From: an uncultured Gammaproteobacteria bacterium
GTDB lineage: Bacteria > Pseudomonadota > Gammaproteobacteria > Xanthomonadales > Rhodanobacteraceae
Direction: 5' to 3'
Assembly (NCBI GenBank): GCA_963697495.1
Contig: CAVOOH010000004.1
Coordinates: 320,245 to 384,244, forward strand
Length of the DNA: 64,000 nucleotides
Position numbers and translations under genes: made by a program. A model generated the notes under the pieces. That model was not told where the DNA came from. It saw nothing but the letters and a program-made list of their open reading frames with translations, and searched no databases. Shown here piece by piece: positions 27,662 through 39,290 of the stretch. The first letter of the stretch is position 1, and each line of letters starts with the position of its first letter.

Positions 27662-29394
27662 ATGAATCAAACGCGCACCTTCCTCATGTTCGCCCTGCTG
27701 GCGGTGGCCTACCTCCTGTTCCTGGCCTGGGAGAAGGATTACGCGCCGCCGCCGGTCGCGGCGACCAGCGCATCGAGCGCCGCCACGCCGTCGGCTGACG
27801 CCAGCGTGCCCGGTGCGATCCCGGTCGCGTCCGCGCCAGGCTCCAGGCCCACACCGCCGATCGCTGGCGACACGGCTGCCGCGCCGCCACGGCGCAGCTG
27901 ATCACCGTCGAGACCGACGTGCTGAAGCTGAGCGTGGACACCCGCGGTGGCAGCCTGGTGCATGCGGACCTGCTGGCCTACCCGCAGACGCCGCGCACGC
28001 ACAAGGCGCCGAACCCGCCGCCGACCGTGCTGCTGTCCAGTGACGAGGCGCACTATTCCGTGGCCCAGAACGGCCTGGTCAGCAGCAGCGACACCACGCC
28101 GGCCGACCAGCCGAATCACCTGGCGCTGTTCCACAGCGAGAAAACCGCCTACGCGCTGGCCGACGGCCAAGACGAGTTGACAGTCGACCTCACCTGGCAG
28201 GATGCCGCCGGCCTCAAGGTCACCAAGACCTACACCTTCAGGCGCGGCAGCTATGTGATCGGGGTCAGCCAGCGCATCGACAACGGCACGGCCACCGCAT
28301 GGCAGGGCAACGCCTACCAGCAGCTGCTGCGGGTCGAGCCGCCGAAAGCCGGCAACTGGCTGGCGAACTACACCAATCCGGAAACGCGCAGCTTCCAGGG
28401 CGCCGCCTGGTACACCGGCGAGAAGTTCGAGAAGTTGCCGTTCAAGGACTTCGCCGAACCGAAGGACCAGCTCAACGCCTCGATCAAGGGCGGCTGGGCG
28501 GCGATGCTGAAGCTGTACTTCGTCACCGCGTGGATTCCGCCCGCCGGCCAGACCGAGCAGTACGTCACCCAGACGATCAACCCGGACAGCGCGCATCCGC
28601 GCTACCTGATCCGCACGGTCGGCCCCGCCCTGAGCGTGGCGCCGGGGCAGAGCCTCACCAGCCAATCGCGCCTGTACGTCGGCCCGAACAAGCAGGGCAC
28701 GATGGATGCGATCGCGCCGGGGCTGGATCTGACCATCGACTACGGCATGTTCAAGGTCATCGCGGTGCCGATGCACTGGGTGCTGTCGCAGTTCCATGCG
28801 ATCAGCAACAACTGGGGCGTGGCGATCATCCTGCTGGTGCTGCTGATCAAGGGCCTGAGCTGGAAGCTCACCGCCATCCAGTACCGCTCCAGCGCCCGCA
28901 TGCGCAAGCTGCAGCCGCGTGTCCAGGCGCTCAAGGAGCGTTACGGCGACGACAAGCAGAAGATGCAGATGGCGATGATGGAGCTGTACAAGAAGGAGAA
29001 GGTCAACCCGATGGGCGGCTGCCTGCCGGTGCTGATCACCCTGCCGGTGTTCTACGGCCTGTTCTTCGTGCTCGAGTACAGCCTGGAGCTGCGCCACGCG
29101 GCGTTCCTGTGGATTCCCGACCTCAGCGCGCCCGATCCGTTCTACATCCTGCCGATCATCTATGCGCTGGTGATGCTGGGCACGCAGTGGCTGAATCCGG
29201 TCGCCGCGGGCATGGACCCGACCCAGGCGAAGATGATGAAGGTGATGCCGCTGCTGTTCACGGTGATGTTCGCGTTCTTCCCCGCCGGCCTCTGCCTGTA
29301 CTACGCGGTGAACGGCATCGTCGGCCTGGGCCAGCAGTGGTGGATCACCCATCACATCGATCGCGAGGACGTGGTCAAGCCCAAGGCAGCCTGA
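27662..29394 (+). CDS. yidC: Membrane protein insertase YidC, apparent frameshift at about 27840-27895
   Basis: N-terminal TM (MNQTRTFL...), DYG, NWGVAII, KEKVNPMGGCLP, DLSAPDP. Confidence 0.95.
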
Positions 29395-29417
29395 GTCCGA
29401 TTCCCTGGCATCACTTC

Positions 29418-29450
29418 GTCAGCCGCGACCGGGCAACCGTCGCGGCTGAC
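29418..29450 (+). terminator. Hairpin after yidC
   Basis: GTCAGCCGCGAC-N9-GTCGCGGCTGAC followed by TTCGTTT. Confidence 0.55.
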
Positions 29451-29471
29451 TTCGTTTAGAGTCGTCGCATC

Positions 29472-30818
29472 ATGACCGAGCACCCCACCGACACCATCGC
29501 CGCCATCGCCAGTGCTCCCGGTGCGGCCGGCGTCGGCGTGCTGCGCGTATCGGGCCCGGCGGTGCCGACGATCGCGCAAACCCTGCTCGGTCGCGTGCCG
29601 CAACCCCGCTACGCGCACTTCGCCGCGTTCCGCGACGCCGCAGGGGCGTTGATCGATCGCGGCCTGCTGCTGCACTTTCCCGCTCCTGCCTCGTACACCG
29701 GCGAACACGTGCTGGAACTGCAAGGCCACGGCAGCGCGGTGCTGCTCGACCTGCTGCTGCGCCGCTGCTGCGAACTCGGCGCACGCCTGGCGCGGCCTGG
29801 TGAGTTCACCGAGCGCGCGTTTCTCAACGGCAAGCTCGACCTGGCCCAGGCCGAAGCCGTCGCCGACCTGATCGCCGCACGCTCGCAGGCCGGTGCGCGC
29901 GCCGCATTGCAGTCAATGGAAGGTGTGTTCTCGCGCAAGGTCGACGCGCTGCTGCAAGCGCTGATCGCCTTGCGCGTGCACATCGAGGCGGCGATCGATT
30001 TTCCCGAAGAAGAGATTGATTTTCTTGCCGACCCAGCCATCGCGGCGCAACTCGAAAACCTGCGTACCGAACTGGCCGAGCTGCTGCGCGAGGCGCAACG
30101 CGGCCTGCGCTTGAACGATGGCCTCAAGGTGGCCATCGTGGGCCGCCCCAACGCCGGCAAGTCCAGTCTGCTCAACGCACTGGCCGGCAGCGAGCGCGCC
30201 ATCGTCACCCCGATCGCCGGCACCACTCGCGACGTGCTGCGCGAAAGCCTCAGCCTCGACGGCATCGCGCTGGAGCTGGCCGACACCGCCGGCCTGCGTG
30301 ACACCGACGACGAAGTCGAACGCGAAGGCGTACGTCGCGCCCACGGCGAACTGCAACGCGCCGATGTCGCCCTGCTGGTCACCACGGCTGCCGACTACAC
30401 CGCCGACCTGGCGTTCTTCGACGCCCTGCCCGCCGGCGTCGAACGCATTGTGCTGATCAACAAGATCGACCTCGACCAGGCTCCGGCCCGCCACAGCCAG
30501 TGCGAAGGCATGCACTGGCTGTGGGCCTCGGCGAAAACCGGCGAAGGCCTCGACGCCCTGCGCGAGCACCTCAAGCGGCTGGCCGGCGCCGGCAGCGGCG
30601 AAGGCGCTTTCAGCGCCCGCCGCCGTCACGTGTTGGCGCTCGAAGCGGTGCGCGAACACCTCGACCACGCCGCCACGGTGCTGACCACCACCCGCGCCGG
30701 CGAACTCGCCGCCGAGGAACTGCGCCAGGCCCAGCACGCGCTGGGTGAAATCACCGGCAGCTACAGCAGCGACGATTTACTCGGCGCAATCTTCGGCTCG
30801 TTCTGCATCGGCAAATGA
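29472..30818 (+). CDS. mnmE: tRNA modification GTPase MnmE
   Basis: GRPNAGKSS, GTTRD, DTAG, NKID, C-terminal FCIGK. Confidence 0.97.
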   Translation: MTEHPTDTIAAIASAPGAAGVGVLRVSGPAVPTIAQTLLGRVPQPRYAHFAAFRDAAGALIDRGLLLHFPAPASYTGEHVLELQGHGSAVLLDLLLRRCCELGARLARPGEFTERAFLNGKLDLAQAEAVADLIAARSQAGARAALQSMEGVFSRKVDALLQALIALRVHIEAAIDFPEEEIDFLADPAIAAQLENLRTELAELLREAQRGLRLNDGLKVAIVGRPNAGKSSLLNALAGSERAIVTPIAGTTRDVLRESLSLDGIALELADTAGLRDTDDEVEREGVRRAHGELQRADVALLVTTAADYTADLAFFDALPAGVERIVLINKIDLDQAPARHSQCEGMHWLWASAKTGEGLDALREHLKRLAGAGSGEGAFSARRRHVLALEAVREHLDHAATVLTTTRAGELAAEELRQAQHALGEITGSYSSDDLLGAIFGSFCIGK

Positions 30819-31715
30819 TCAGTCAGCCTGCCGTGCGAGAAAATCGTGCACTTCCTGCAGGGCCGGCATGCCGCCCTGCGCGCCGAGCTTCGTCACCGAC
30901 AACGCGGCGGCCGCGGCGGCTTTGCGCACGGCCTCGCCCAGGCCTTCGTGCAGGAACACGGCCAGCGCGGCGTTGAAGGTGTCGCCGGCACCGGTGCTGT
31001 CGACCACGTCGACGGTGAAGCCGGGCTGGTGGAGCGGCTCGCCCTGCTCGCGGTACCAGGCGCCTTCCCCGCCGCGGGTGAGCACGACCGGGCAGGGCGC
31101 GCGCAGCATCAGGCTGCGGAAGTCCTCGGCCGGATCGGCGCCGAGCAGGATGGCGAGCTCGTGCTGGTTCGGGGTGACGTAGCGGGCGAGTTGCAGCCAG
31201 TCGATCGGAAGCGCCTGCGCGGGCGCGGGGTTGAGGATCACCGGCACGCCGAGGCGGTGGCCCAGGCGCAGCGTGGCCTCGACGGTTTCCAGCGGAATCT
31301 CCATCTGCACCAGCACGGCGTCGGCGCGGGCGATCAGTGACTGTGCGTGTTCGACCTGTGTCGGGGTGACGCGAGCGTTGGCGGCGGGCACCACGATGAT
31401 CTGGTTCTCGCCGCCGGCGACGGTGATCGAGGCGGTGCCGCTGGCGCTGTCGGCGAGTTGCACGACGTGGCTGAGGTCGACCTTTTCGGTGGCCAGGCCA
31501 TCGCGCAGTTGCCGTCCGAACGCATCGTCACCGGTGGCGCCGACCAGGGCCACCTCGGCGCCGAGCCTAGACGCGGCCACCGCCTGGTTGGCGCCCTTGC
31601 CGCCGGGTACGGTGAGGAAGCGTTCGCCGAGGATGGTCTCGCCGGGGCCGACGAAGCGCGGCGCCTGGGTGACCAGGTCCATGTTGATGCTGCCGACGAC
31701 GACGATGCGTGTCAT
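30819..31715 (-). CDS. rbsK: Ribokinase
   Basis: GSINMDLV, PGGKGANQAVA, DSTGAGDTF. Confidence 0.9.
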   Translation of the reverse strand: MTRIVVVGSINMDLVTQAPRFVGPGETILGERFLTVPGGKGANQAVAASRLGAEVALVGATGDDAFGRQLRDGLATEKVDLSHVVQLADSASGTASITVAGGENQIIVVPAANARVTPTQVEHAQSLIARADAVLVQMEIPLETVEATLRLGHRLGVPVILNPAPAQALPIDWLQLARYVTPNQHELAILLGADPAEDFRSLMLRAPCPVVLTRGGEGAWYREQGEPLHQPGFTVDVVDSTGAGDTFNAALAVFLHEGLGEAVRKAAAAAALSVTKLGAQGGMPALQEVHDFLARQAD

Positions 31716-31872
31716 CTGTTATCCCCTGCCATAGCGAGTTGGCATCACGATGAACGTGAGAGCTTAACCGCTGACGCGACGGGGCTGGAACCATCGACGC
31801 GCTACATCGGGAAGGCGGGCTGCTGAAGGGCTCTCTGCCGCGCGGCCCCCCGAGTTGCAGGGAGGCGAAGAC

Positions 31873-32496
31873 TCAGGGAGACGGAGCGCGGCCGAAGCCG
31901 GTGTCACCGCCGGGCAGCAGTGAAGGCGCCGGGCCGGCCACGGCGAGCAGGGACTGCGCGTAGCTGTCCTCGAGGCTGACGGTGGAGACTTCGTCCCAGG
32001 CGAAGAACGAGGGCTCGCGCATCCATTCCGCGTCGGGGCTCAGCTCCTGCATGTTGAAGCCGTCCTCCTCGACGTCGATCAGGCGACCGATGTAGCAGAC
32101 CTCGGACTCGTCCTCGCTGTCCACGTGCACCCCGATCACCGGCGCCTGCGCGCCGGCGGCCTGGATGACCTCGCGGATGCCGTCCAGCGGGAAGCCGCGC
32201 GGCATCCGCGGCAGGATGTGCTTCAGCACCAGCGCCTTCTCGAAGAAGGCATGGTGCTTGTCCGGCGCCTCCAGCTCGGTGACGTCGCGGTGGCGCATCA
32301 CGTACATGCCGTCGTAGGTGACGCCGTCGCCGACCACCCAGAGCAGGAAGAACTCGCGCCCCACGCCACCCACGTAGCCGCAGAAGCTGCCGTGTTCAAG
32401 CTCCTCGCGCCACAACCGGACCAGCGTCTGTTTCTGCTGCGCCTCGCGCAACTGGGCGCGCTGGCCGATGTTTTTCAGTTCAATAATGTTGCTCAC
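31873..32496 (-). CDS. Hypothetical protein, apparently two small beta-barrel-like halves
   Basis: 207-aa ORF with typical codon bias filling the hslU-rbsK gap. Confidence 0.75.
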   Translation of the reverse strand: MSNIIELKNIGQRAQLREAQQKQTLVRLWREELEHGSFCGYVGGVGREFFLLWVVGDGVTYDGMYVMRHRDVTELEAPDKHHAFFEKALVLKHILPRMPRGFPLDGIREVIQAAGAQAPVIGVHVDSEDESEVCYIGRLIDVEEDGFNMQELSPDAEWMREPSFFAWDEVSTVSLEDSYAQSLLAVAGPAPSLLPGGDTGFGRAPSP

Positions 32497-32532
32497 GGTG
32501 CCTATTTTAGCAGATGGGGGTAACCGGCTTGT

Positions 32533-33873
<1,341 letters not shown>

Positions 33874-33883
33874 GGTCTTCGTC

Positions 33884-33973
33884 GGGAATGGGGAGTCGGG
33901 AAACGGGAATCGGAAGGGCGTGGGGTCACCGGGCTGGCTTCTGGCCATTCCCGATTTTCCCTACCCGATTCAC
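33884..33973. repeat. Inverted pair of GGGAATC-type heptamer arrays
   Basis: GGGAATG GGGAGTC GGGAAAC GGGAATC ... CATTCCC GATTTTC CCTACCC GATTCAC. Confidence 0.75.
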
Positions 33974-34506
33974 AGCTCTTCGATCGACACGTTGTGATTG
34001 GTGTAGATGCAGATGTCGCCGGCGATCTTCAGCGCCTTCTCGACGATGGTGCGCGCGTCCAGCTCGGAGTTTTCGAGCAGCGCCATCGCCGCGGCCTGGG
34101 CGAACGGGCCGCCGGAGCCGATGGCGATCAGGCCATGTTCGGGTTCCACCACGTCGCCATTGCCGGAGATCAGCAGCGACGCTTCCTGGTCCGCCACCGC
34201 AAGCATCGCCTCGAGCCGGCCGAAGCGGCGGTCGGTGCGCCATTCCTTGGCCATTTCCACCGCGGCACGGGTGAGATTGTTGTTGTGCTTCTCAAGCTTT
34301 TGTTCGAACAGCTCGAACAGGGTGAACGCATCGGCGGTGGCACCGGCGAACCCGGCCACCACGTCGCCCGCCTTGCCCAGCCGGCGCACCTTGCGCGCAT
34401 TGCCCTTCATCACCGTGTTGCCCAGGGTGACCTGGCCATCGCTGCCGATCACGACGCGGCCTTCGCGGCGCACGCAAACGATCGTGGTGGCGTGAAACGA
34501 TTCCAT
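33970..34506 (-). CDS. hslV: HslVU protease peptidase subunit
   Basis: HATTIV catalytic Thr, DGQVTLG, GSGG, ICIYTN. Confidence 0.97.
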   Translation of the reverse strand: MESFHATTIVCVRREGRVVIGSDGQVTLGNTVMKGNARKVRRLGKAGDVVAGFAGATADAFTLFELFEQKLEKHNNNLTRAAVEMAKEWRTDRRFGRLEAMLAVADQEASLLISGNGDVVEPEHGLIAIGSGGPFAQAAAMALLENSELDARTIVEKALKIAGDICIYTNHNVSIEEL

Positions 34507-34540
34507 GGGAGCTCCGCAATGAAGAATGTCTGAGCGGATG

Positions 34541-34568
34541 AGATGGGGTCGTAGGGGTTTGGCTTCAA
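34541..34568 (-). promoter_or_regulatory. Sigma-32 promoter of hslVU
   Basis: Minus strand reads TTGAAG-N14-CCCCATCT. Confidence 0.75.
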
Positions 34569-34609
34569 TGTCGGGCGCGCCCGAGGCCTTGGCTCCTCTC
34601 CTTAGCTTG

Positions 34610-34647
34610 CGCCAACCTCTTCCTGCGGCCGCAGGAAGAGGTTGGCG
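34610..34647. repeat. Perfect 38-bp palindrome inside a REP-like element
   Basis: CGCCAACCTCTTCCTGCGG|CCGCAGGAAGAGGTTGGCG. Confidence 0.8.
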
Positions 34648-34719
34648 ACCGGGCAGTCCTTCCAGTGAGGGGCGAGGCTTTGGACTTTCAGATCAAGCGC
34701 GAACCCCAGAGTCCGGCCA

Positions 34720-35607
34720 TCACGGCTTGCGCTTCGCGCGAGGATGCGCGGCGTCGTAGACCCTGGCCAGGTGCTGGAAATCCAGGTGGGTGTAGATCTG
34801 GGTGGTGGCGATGTCGGCGTGGCCAAGCAGCTCCTGCACCGCGCGCAGGTCACCGGAGGATTCCAGCATGTGGCTGGCGAAGGTGTGCCGCAGCAGGTGC
34901 GGATGGATGTGTTTCGGAATGCCTTGCTGCAGTGCCAGCGTCTTCATGCGCAGCTGCACCGTGCGCGGGTTGATCGGCGCGCCGCCGCGGCCGCGGAACA
35001 CCGGGCTGTCGGCCCGCATGCCCCCTTCCGTGCCGAGCGCGCGCAGCGCGGCAACCGCATGGCGGCCGACCGGCACGATGCGGGTCTTGCTGCCCTTGCC
35101 GAGCACGCGTACTTCGCCACCGTCGAGATCCAGGTCGAGCCAGCGCAGGCCGCACAGTTCGGACAGGCGCAGGCCGCTGGAATAGAACAGCTCCAGCATC
35201 GCACGGTCGCGCAGCGCCAGCTTGCCACCGCTGTCGGCTTCCACCAGCGCGCCGGCCTCGTCCACGTCGAGCACCTGCGGCAACTTGCGGCGCACTTTCG
35301 GGCCGCGCACGCCGAGCAGCGGATCACTGGCCAGTTGGCCTTCGCGATTGAGCTGGCGAAACAGGCTGCGGCAAGACGACAGCAGCCGTTGCACGCTCTT
35401 CGCTGCAAGTCCGGCGCGATGCTCGCCGGCAATGAAGCTGCGCATCCGGTTCGCGTCCAATGCATCGAACGCGGCCAGCTGCTGTTCCTGCATGAAGCGC
35501 AGCAGCTTGGCAAGGTCGCGGCGGTAGCCGGCGACCGTGTGCGGCGAGGCGTGCCGTTCGCCGGCCAGGCGGGCGAGCCATTGCTCGACCTGTTGTGCGG
35601 GCGTCAT
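34720..35607 (-). CDS. xerC: Tyrosine recombinase XerC
   Basis: RDRAMLELFYSSGLRLSEL, HPHLLRHTFASH, LGHA..TTQIYTH; in the dapF-DUF484-xerC operon. Confidence 0.95.
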   Translation of the reverse strand: MTPAQQVEQWLARLAGERHASPHTVAGYRRDLAKLLRFMQEQQLAAFDALDANRMRSFIAGEHRAGLAAKSVQRLLSSCRSLFRQLNREGQLASDPLLGVRGPKVRRKLPQVLDVDEAGALVEADSGGKLALRDRAMLELFYSSGLRLSELCGLRWLDLDLDGGEVRVLGKGSKTRIVPVGRHAVAALRALGTEGGMRADSPVFRGRGGAPINPRTVQLRMKTLALQQGIPKHIHPHLLRHTFASHMLESSGDLRAVQELLGHADIATTQIYTHLDFQHLARVYDAAHPRAKRKP

Positions 35608-35614
35608 CGCCGGC

Positions 35615-36301
35615 TCAGCAGATGTCCCGCGAGCGGGCCAGCGCGGCGGTGATGGTGGCGGCGATCATGTTCAGGAACAGCGTGCCCATGCCTGGCTGGA
35701 AGCGGTCCGGGTCGGTGCTGCCAATCGCCAGGATGCCGCAATCGCCCAGCCGCATCATCGCGACCGAGCGGATCTGCCCGGCCTCGACACCGAACAGGCG
35801 CTCGAGCTTCTCGGCGGACAGGCGGCCGGAAACCGGCTCGCCCTTGTGCAGGAACTCGGCGAACTCCGGCAGTGCGGCGGCGCCGCCGGGAATCTGCTGC
35901 AGCCAGTCTGCGCGCGGCAGCCGCGGCTCGTCGCCGAACAGCAGCAGGCGCACCTGTTCGGTGTGGAAATCCGCGCTGAGCTTGGCGACCACCGTGCGGG
36001 CGGTCACTTCCATCGTGTTCGCGCGCAGTAGCGCCACGGTGAGCCCGTGCACGCGTTCCATCAACTTCTCGTTCTCGGCGGCGATCGCGATCAGCTCGGC
36101 CAGCTGGCGTTCGAGTTCCGCGTTCTTGTCACGCAGGCTCTGCAACTGGTACACCGCCAGCGACGACACCGCGCCCTGCTCGCGTGGCATGGTCAGCCTG
36201 GCGGCCAGCTCGGGATATTCGCTGAGGAACTCCGGGTGGCGCTTCAGGTAGGCGGCAACCACGCGAGCCTGGGTGGCGTCGTCGAGCAGGGTGGCGGTCA
36301 T
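35615..36301 (-). CDS. DUF484 (YigA-like) protein
   Basis: VAAYLKRHPEF, GAVSSL, FQPGMGTLFL; synteny. Confidence 0.9.
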   Translation of the reverse strand: MTATLLDDATQARVVAAYLKRHPEFLSEYPELAARLTMPREQGAVSSLAVYQLQSLRDKNAELERQLAELIAIAAENEKLMERVHGLTVALLRANTMEVTARTVVAKLSADFHTEQVRLLLFGDEPRLPRADWLQQIPGGAAALPEFAEFLHKGEPVSGRLSAEKLERLFGVEAGQIRSVAMMRLGDCGILAIGSTDPDRFQPGMGTLFLNMIAATITAALARSRDIC

Positions 36302-36395
36302 GCGCGAATATCCTCGAACCGTTGCGGGGCGCGCGAAGGATGCGTGCCATCCGGCTGGAGTGTGCGATGGACGCGGGCGCGCTTCAACCGCCGCG

Positions 36396-37244
36396 TCACT
36401 CGGCGGCGGCCGAAACCGGCCATTCGCCCTCGAACGCGAACGCCGCCGGGCCGGTCATCCACAGGGTGTGGCCGGGGCCGGCCCAGTCGATCCGCAGCGT
36501 GCCGCCAGGCAGTTCGACGGCTACCGAGTCGTCGACTTCGCCGCGCCGATGCAGCACGGCCATCGCGGCACAGGCGCCGGTGCCGCAGGCCAGCGTCCAG
36601 CCGGCGCCGCGTTCGTGCACACGCAGGCGCAGGCGGCTGCGATCGAGCGGCTGCACGAAGCCGGCGTTGGCACCCTGCGCAAAGCGCGCGTGGTTCGTTA
36701 GCAAAGGGCCAAGCCGCTGCAGCGCGGGGTCGCTCAGCTCGCGCACGACCACCACCGCATGCGGGTTGCCCATCGACACGGCGCCGATCTGCAGCGTGTC
36801 ATCGCCCACGCGTATCTCATGGCGATCCGCCGCGGTGTCGGCTGCGAACGGGATCCGCGCCGGCTCGAACACGGGCACGCCCATGTCCACGGTGACTTCA
36901 TTCGCGCCGAGCAGGCGTACCGTCACCGGCCCGGACGGACTCTCGATCATCACGCTGGCGCCGAGCGCCAGCGCGCCGGCGCGGTGAAGCCACGCTGCCA
37001 CGCAGCGCACGCCATTGCCGCACTGGCCCGACGGTGAGCCATCGGCGTTCCAGATGCCGTAGTAGAACGCTCCGGTCGGGCTGCGCGCCGGCTCGATGCT
37101 CAGCAGCTGGTCGAAACCCACGCCGGTATGCCGGTCAGCCAGCGCGCGGATCTGCGCGGCGTCCAGCGCAAACGCGCGCTGCCGGCAATCCAGCACGACG
37201 AAGTCGTTGCCGATGCCGTGCATTTTGGAGAAGCGCAGCTGCAT
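36396..37244 (-). CDS. dapF: Diaminopimelate epimerase
   Basis: KMHGIGNDF, CGNGVRC, GNPHAV, ERGAGWTLACGTGA. Confidence 0.97.
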   Translation of the reverse strand: MQLRFSKMHGIGNDFVVLDCRQRAFALDAAQIRALADRHTGVGFDQLLSIEPARSPTGAFYYGIWNADGSPSGQCGNGVRCVAAWLHRAGALALGASVMIESPSGPVTVRLLGANEVTVDMGVPVFEPARIPFAADTAADRHEIRVGDDTLQIGAVSMGNPHAVVVVRELSDPALQRLGPLLTNHARFAQGANAGFVQPLDRSRLRLRVHERGAGWTLACGTGACAAMAVLHRRGEVDDSVAVELPGGTLRIDWAGPGHTLWMTGPAAFAFEGEWPVSAAAE

Positions 37245-37257
37245 GACGGGGTCGCGA

Positions 37258-37437
37258 TCAGTGCTGGCTGTTGGCAGGCGTACCGACCGTGCTCGCGGTG
37301 GCGGGTGCGGCAGGTTTTGCCGGTGCCGGTGCTGCCGCCGGCCGGGTCGGCGGCAACGTCAGCGGGCCCTTGTTGCCGCAACCGGCAAGCATGGCGGCAA
37401 CGAGACAGAACGGCAGCAGCAGGAGGGATCGGCGCAT
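37258..37437 (-). CDS. lptM: Small lipoprotein of the LptM/YifL family
   Basis: Lipobox LAGC followed by GNKGPLTLP; upstream of dapF. Confidence 0.85.
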   Translation of the reverse strand: MRRSLLLLPFCLVAAMLAGCGNKGPLTLPPTRPAAAPAPAKPAAPATASTVGTPANSQH

Positions 37438-37557
37438 GGCGAAGGTTCCTTGAGACCACCGCAGTATAGCGATGCCCGCTGCGTCGGCCGCAGCCCCATG
37501 GCATCGCCCGTTATGATGCGTGCACAAATCGTACGTCGATGCGCTGAGGGATTCACG

Positions 37558-38247
37558 ATGGACTGGAGCGCGCTGCTGCGCATGCCGATGACCGTGCTGC
37601 TGGTGCTGGCGGCGGTCTGTGCGCTGATCACGCTGGTGCAGCTGGTGGTGTTGCGTCGCCATCTGCACAACCGCCGCCACCTGGCAGCCAGTTGGCGGGC
37701 ATTGCTGTGCGTCGCCTTCTTCACGTTGACCCTGCTGCTGGCGGGCACCGGTGCCGCATTGCGCGGTTACCGGCTGCTCGGCGAGGAGGCGCCGGTGGTC
37801 GACATCGATGCGCGCATCCTGTCGCCGCAGCACTGGGCGCTTACCCTGAGCTGGCCCGACGGCAGCACCCGGCAGGTGCAACTGTCCGGCGACGACTGGC
37901 GCATCGAGGCGGTAGTGCTGAAGTGGAAACTGCCCGCGCTGCTGGCCGGCGTGCCGCCGCTGTACCGGCTCGACCGCCTGTCCGGCCGGTACGACGATGC
38001 CGCGCAGGAAGCCAGCGCGCCGCGTACCGTGATCAGCTTCGGCGAAGCCGGTGCGTTCGACCTGCTCACCCTCAGCAAGCACTACCCGCAATGGCTGCCC
38101 GAGGTCGACACCGTCTACGGCAGCGGCGCGTTCCTGCCGCTGGTCGACCAGGGCCACTACAGCGTGAGCCTGATGCGCACCGGTGCCTTGGTGGCGCGGC
38201 CGGACGAGGCGACCGAGCGGCGCATCGGGCAACCGCTCGGCGGTTGA
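37558..38247 (+). CDS. Hypothetical membrane-anchored protein
   Basis: Two N-terminal TMs; soluble domain with GDDWRIEAVVLKW, YRLDRLSGRY, VDTVYGS. Confidence 0.8.
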   Translation: MDWSALLRMPMTVLLVLAAVCALITLVQLVVLRRHLHNRRHLAASWRALLCVAFFTLTLLLAGTGAALRGYRLLGEEAPVVDIDARILSPQHWALTLSWPDGSTRQVQLSGDDWRIEAVVLKWKLPALLAGVPPLYRLDRLSGRYDDAAQEASAPRTVISFGEAGAFDLLTLSKHYPQWLPEVDTVYGSGAFLPLVDQGHYSVSLMRTGALVARPDEATERRIGQPLGG

Positions 38248-38252
38248 GCAGG

Positions 38253-38501
38253 CTAGGCCGTGCGGTGGCAGCCACCGGGTCGGAGGATGCGCTCGTTCGA
38301 CGCGGGATATTTCGCCAGCCATGACGCTGCGCGCTGTGGACGCGGGCTGAAGCCACCACCGCAGTTCGGACAGACCCCACCGAGCACCGAGGCGACGCAG
38401 GCGATGCAGAACGTGCATTCGAACGAGCAGATCATCGCCCCGGTCGAATCCGCCGGCAGGTCCTTGTCACAACACTCGCAGTTCGGGCGCATCTGCAGCA
38501 T
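38253..38501 (-). CDS. DUF1272 family Cys-rich protein
   Basis: MLQMRPNCECCDKDLP, ICSFECTFC, CPNCGG. Confidence 0.9.
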   Translation of the reverse strand: MLQMRPNCECCDKDLPADSTGAMICSFECTFCIACVASVLGGVCPNCGGGFSPRPQRAASWLAKYPASNERILRPGGCHRTA

Positions 38502-38565
38502 GGGGGTCTCCGGCGCTGGTCGCAGGACAAGTCCGTGGCAAGCTTACACGTCGTACACCGCGTCT

Positions 38566-39099
38566 TCAGTCCAGCGCTTTTTCGTAGCGCCACGCATCGG
38601 TCCCATCCTGGTAGTACTGAGTGTAGCGGCCGATGCGGCGGAAGCCGTGCCGTTCATACAGGCCGATCGCGGCGTTGTTGTCGGTGCGTACTTCCAGCCG
38701 CAGCGCGCGGCTGCCGCGGCGACGGGCAACGTCGGCGGCCGCTTTCAACAACGCCGCGCCGACGCCCTGGCCGCGGCTCTCGGGCAAGGTGGCCAGCGAG
38801 TACAGGCGCGCCACGGCGCTGCCCTTGCGGAAGAACAGCACGGCGCTGCCGACGAACCGGTGGCGGTTGGCGCGCGCCACCAGCACCAGGGCCGAATCGC
38901 TGTCCAGGTGACGGCGGTATTGCGCGCGGCTCAGCCGGTCGCTGCTGAAGCTGCTCTCCTCCAGCGCCAGCAGGTCGTCCAGATCGGACGCGGCGGCGCG
39001 GCGCACGCGCGGGCCGGCAGAAGCGGGCGGCACGTCGTCGGATGCCGCCGCGACGCGGCGGGCTTGATCGTGTGGCGGCAGGGGCGGGGTGATCGGCAC
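38566..39099 (-). CDS. GNAT N-acetyltransferase (RimI-like)
   Basis: ARLYSLA..PESRGQGVG, LEVRTDNNAAIGLYERHGF, YYQDG.DA. Confidence 0.88.
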   Translation of the reverse strand: MPITPPLPPHDQARRVAAASDDVPPASAGPRVRRAAASDLDDLLALEESSFSSDRLSRAQYRRHLDSDSALVLVARANRHRFVGSAVLFFRKGSAVARLYSLATLPESRGQGVGAALLKAAADVARRRGSRALRLEVRTDNNAAIGLYERHGFRRIGRYTQYYQDGTDAWRYEKALD

Positions 39100-39290
39100 G
39101 CGCGGACTCTAGCAGCCGGCCGGGCGTGCGCGGGTGATTTCGCCGCGTACGGCGTGGCCGGCGCCGTTCATTCGCGCTTCAGCGCTTTCCCTTGTGCCAC
39201 GACGGCACTGTGCCAAACTCCGCGTTTTGCACGTCCTGCCACGCCCTGCGCAAGGGCAGCCCGCCATCGCCGTATCGTCCGAGTGGTGCC

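Noticed and set aside
34720..35607. Tyrosine recombinase as a prophage or island integrase
   Set aside because: It sits in the canonical dapF-DUF484-xerC housekeeping context, with no att site, tRNA or cargo
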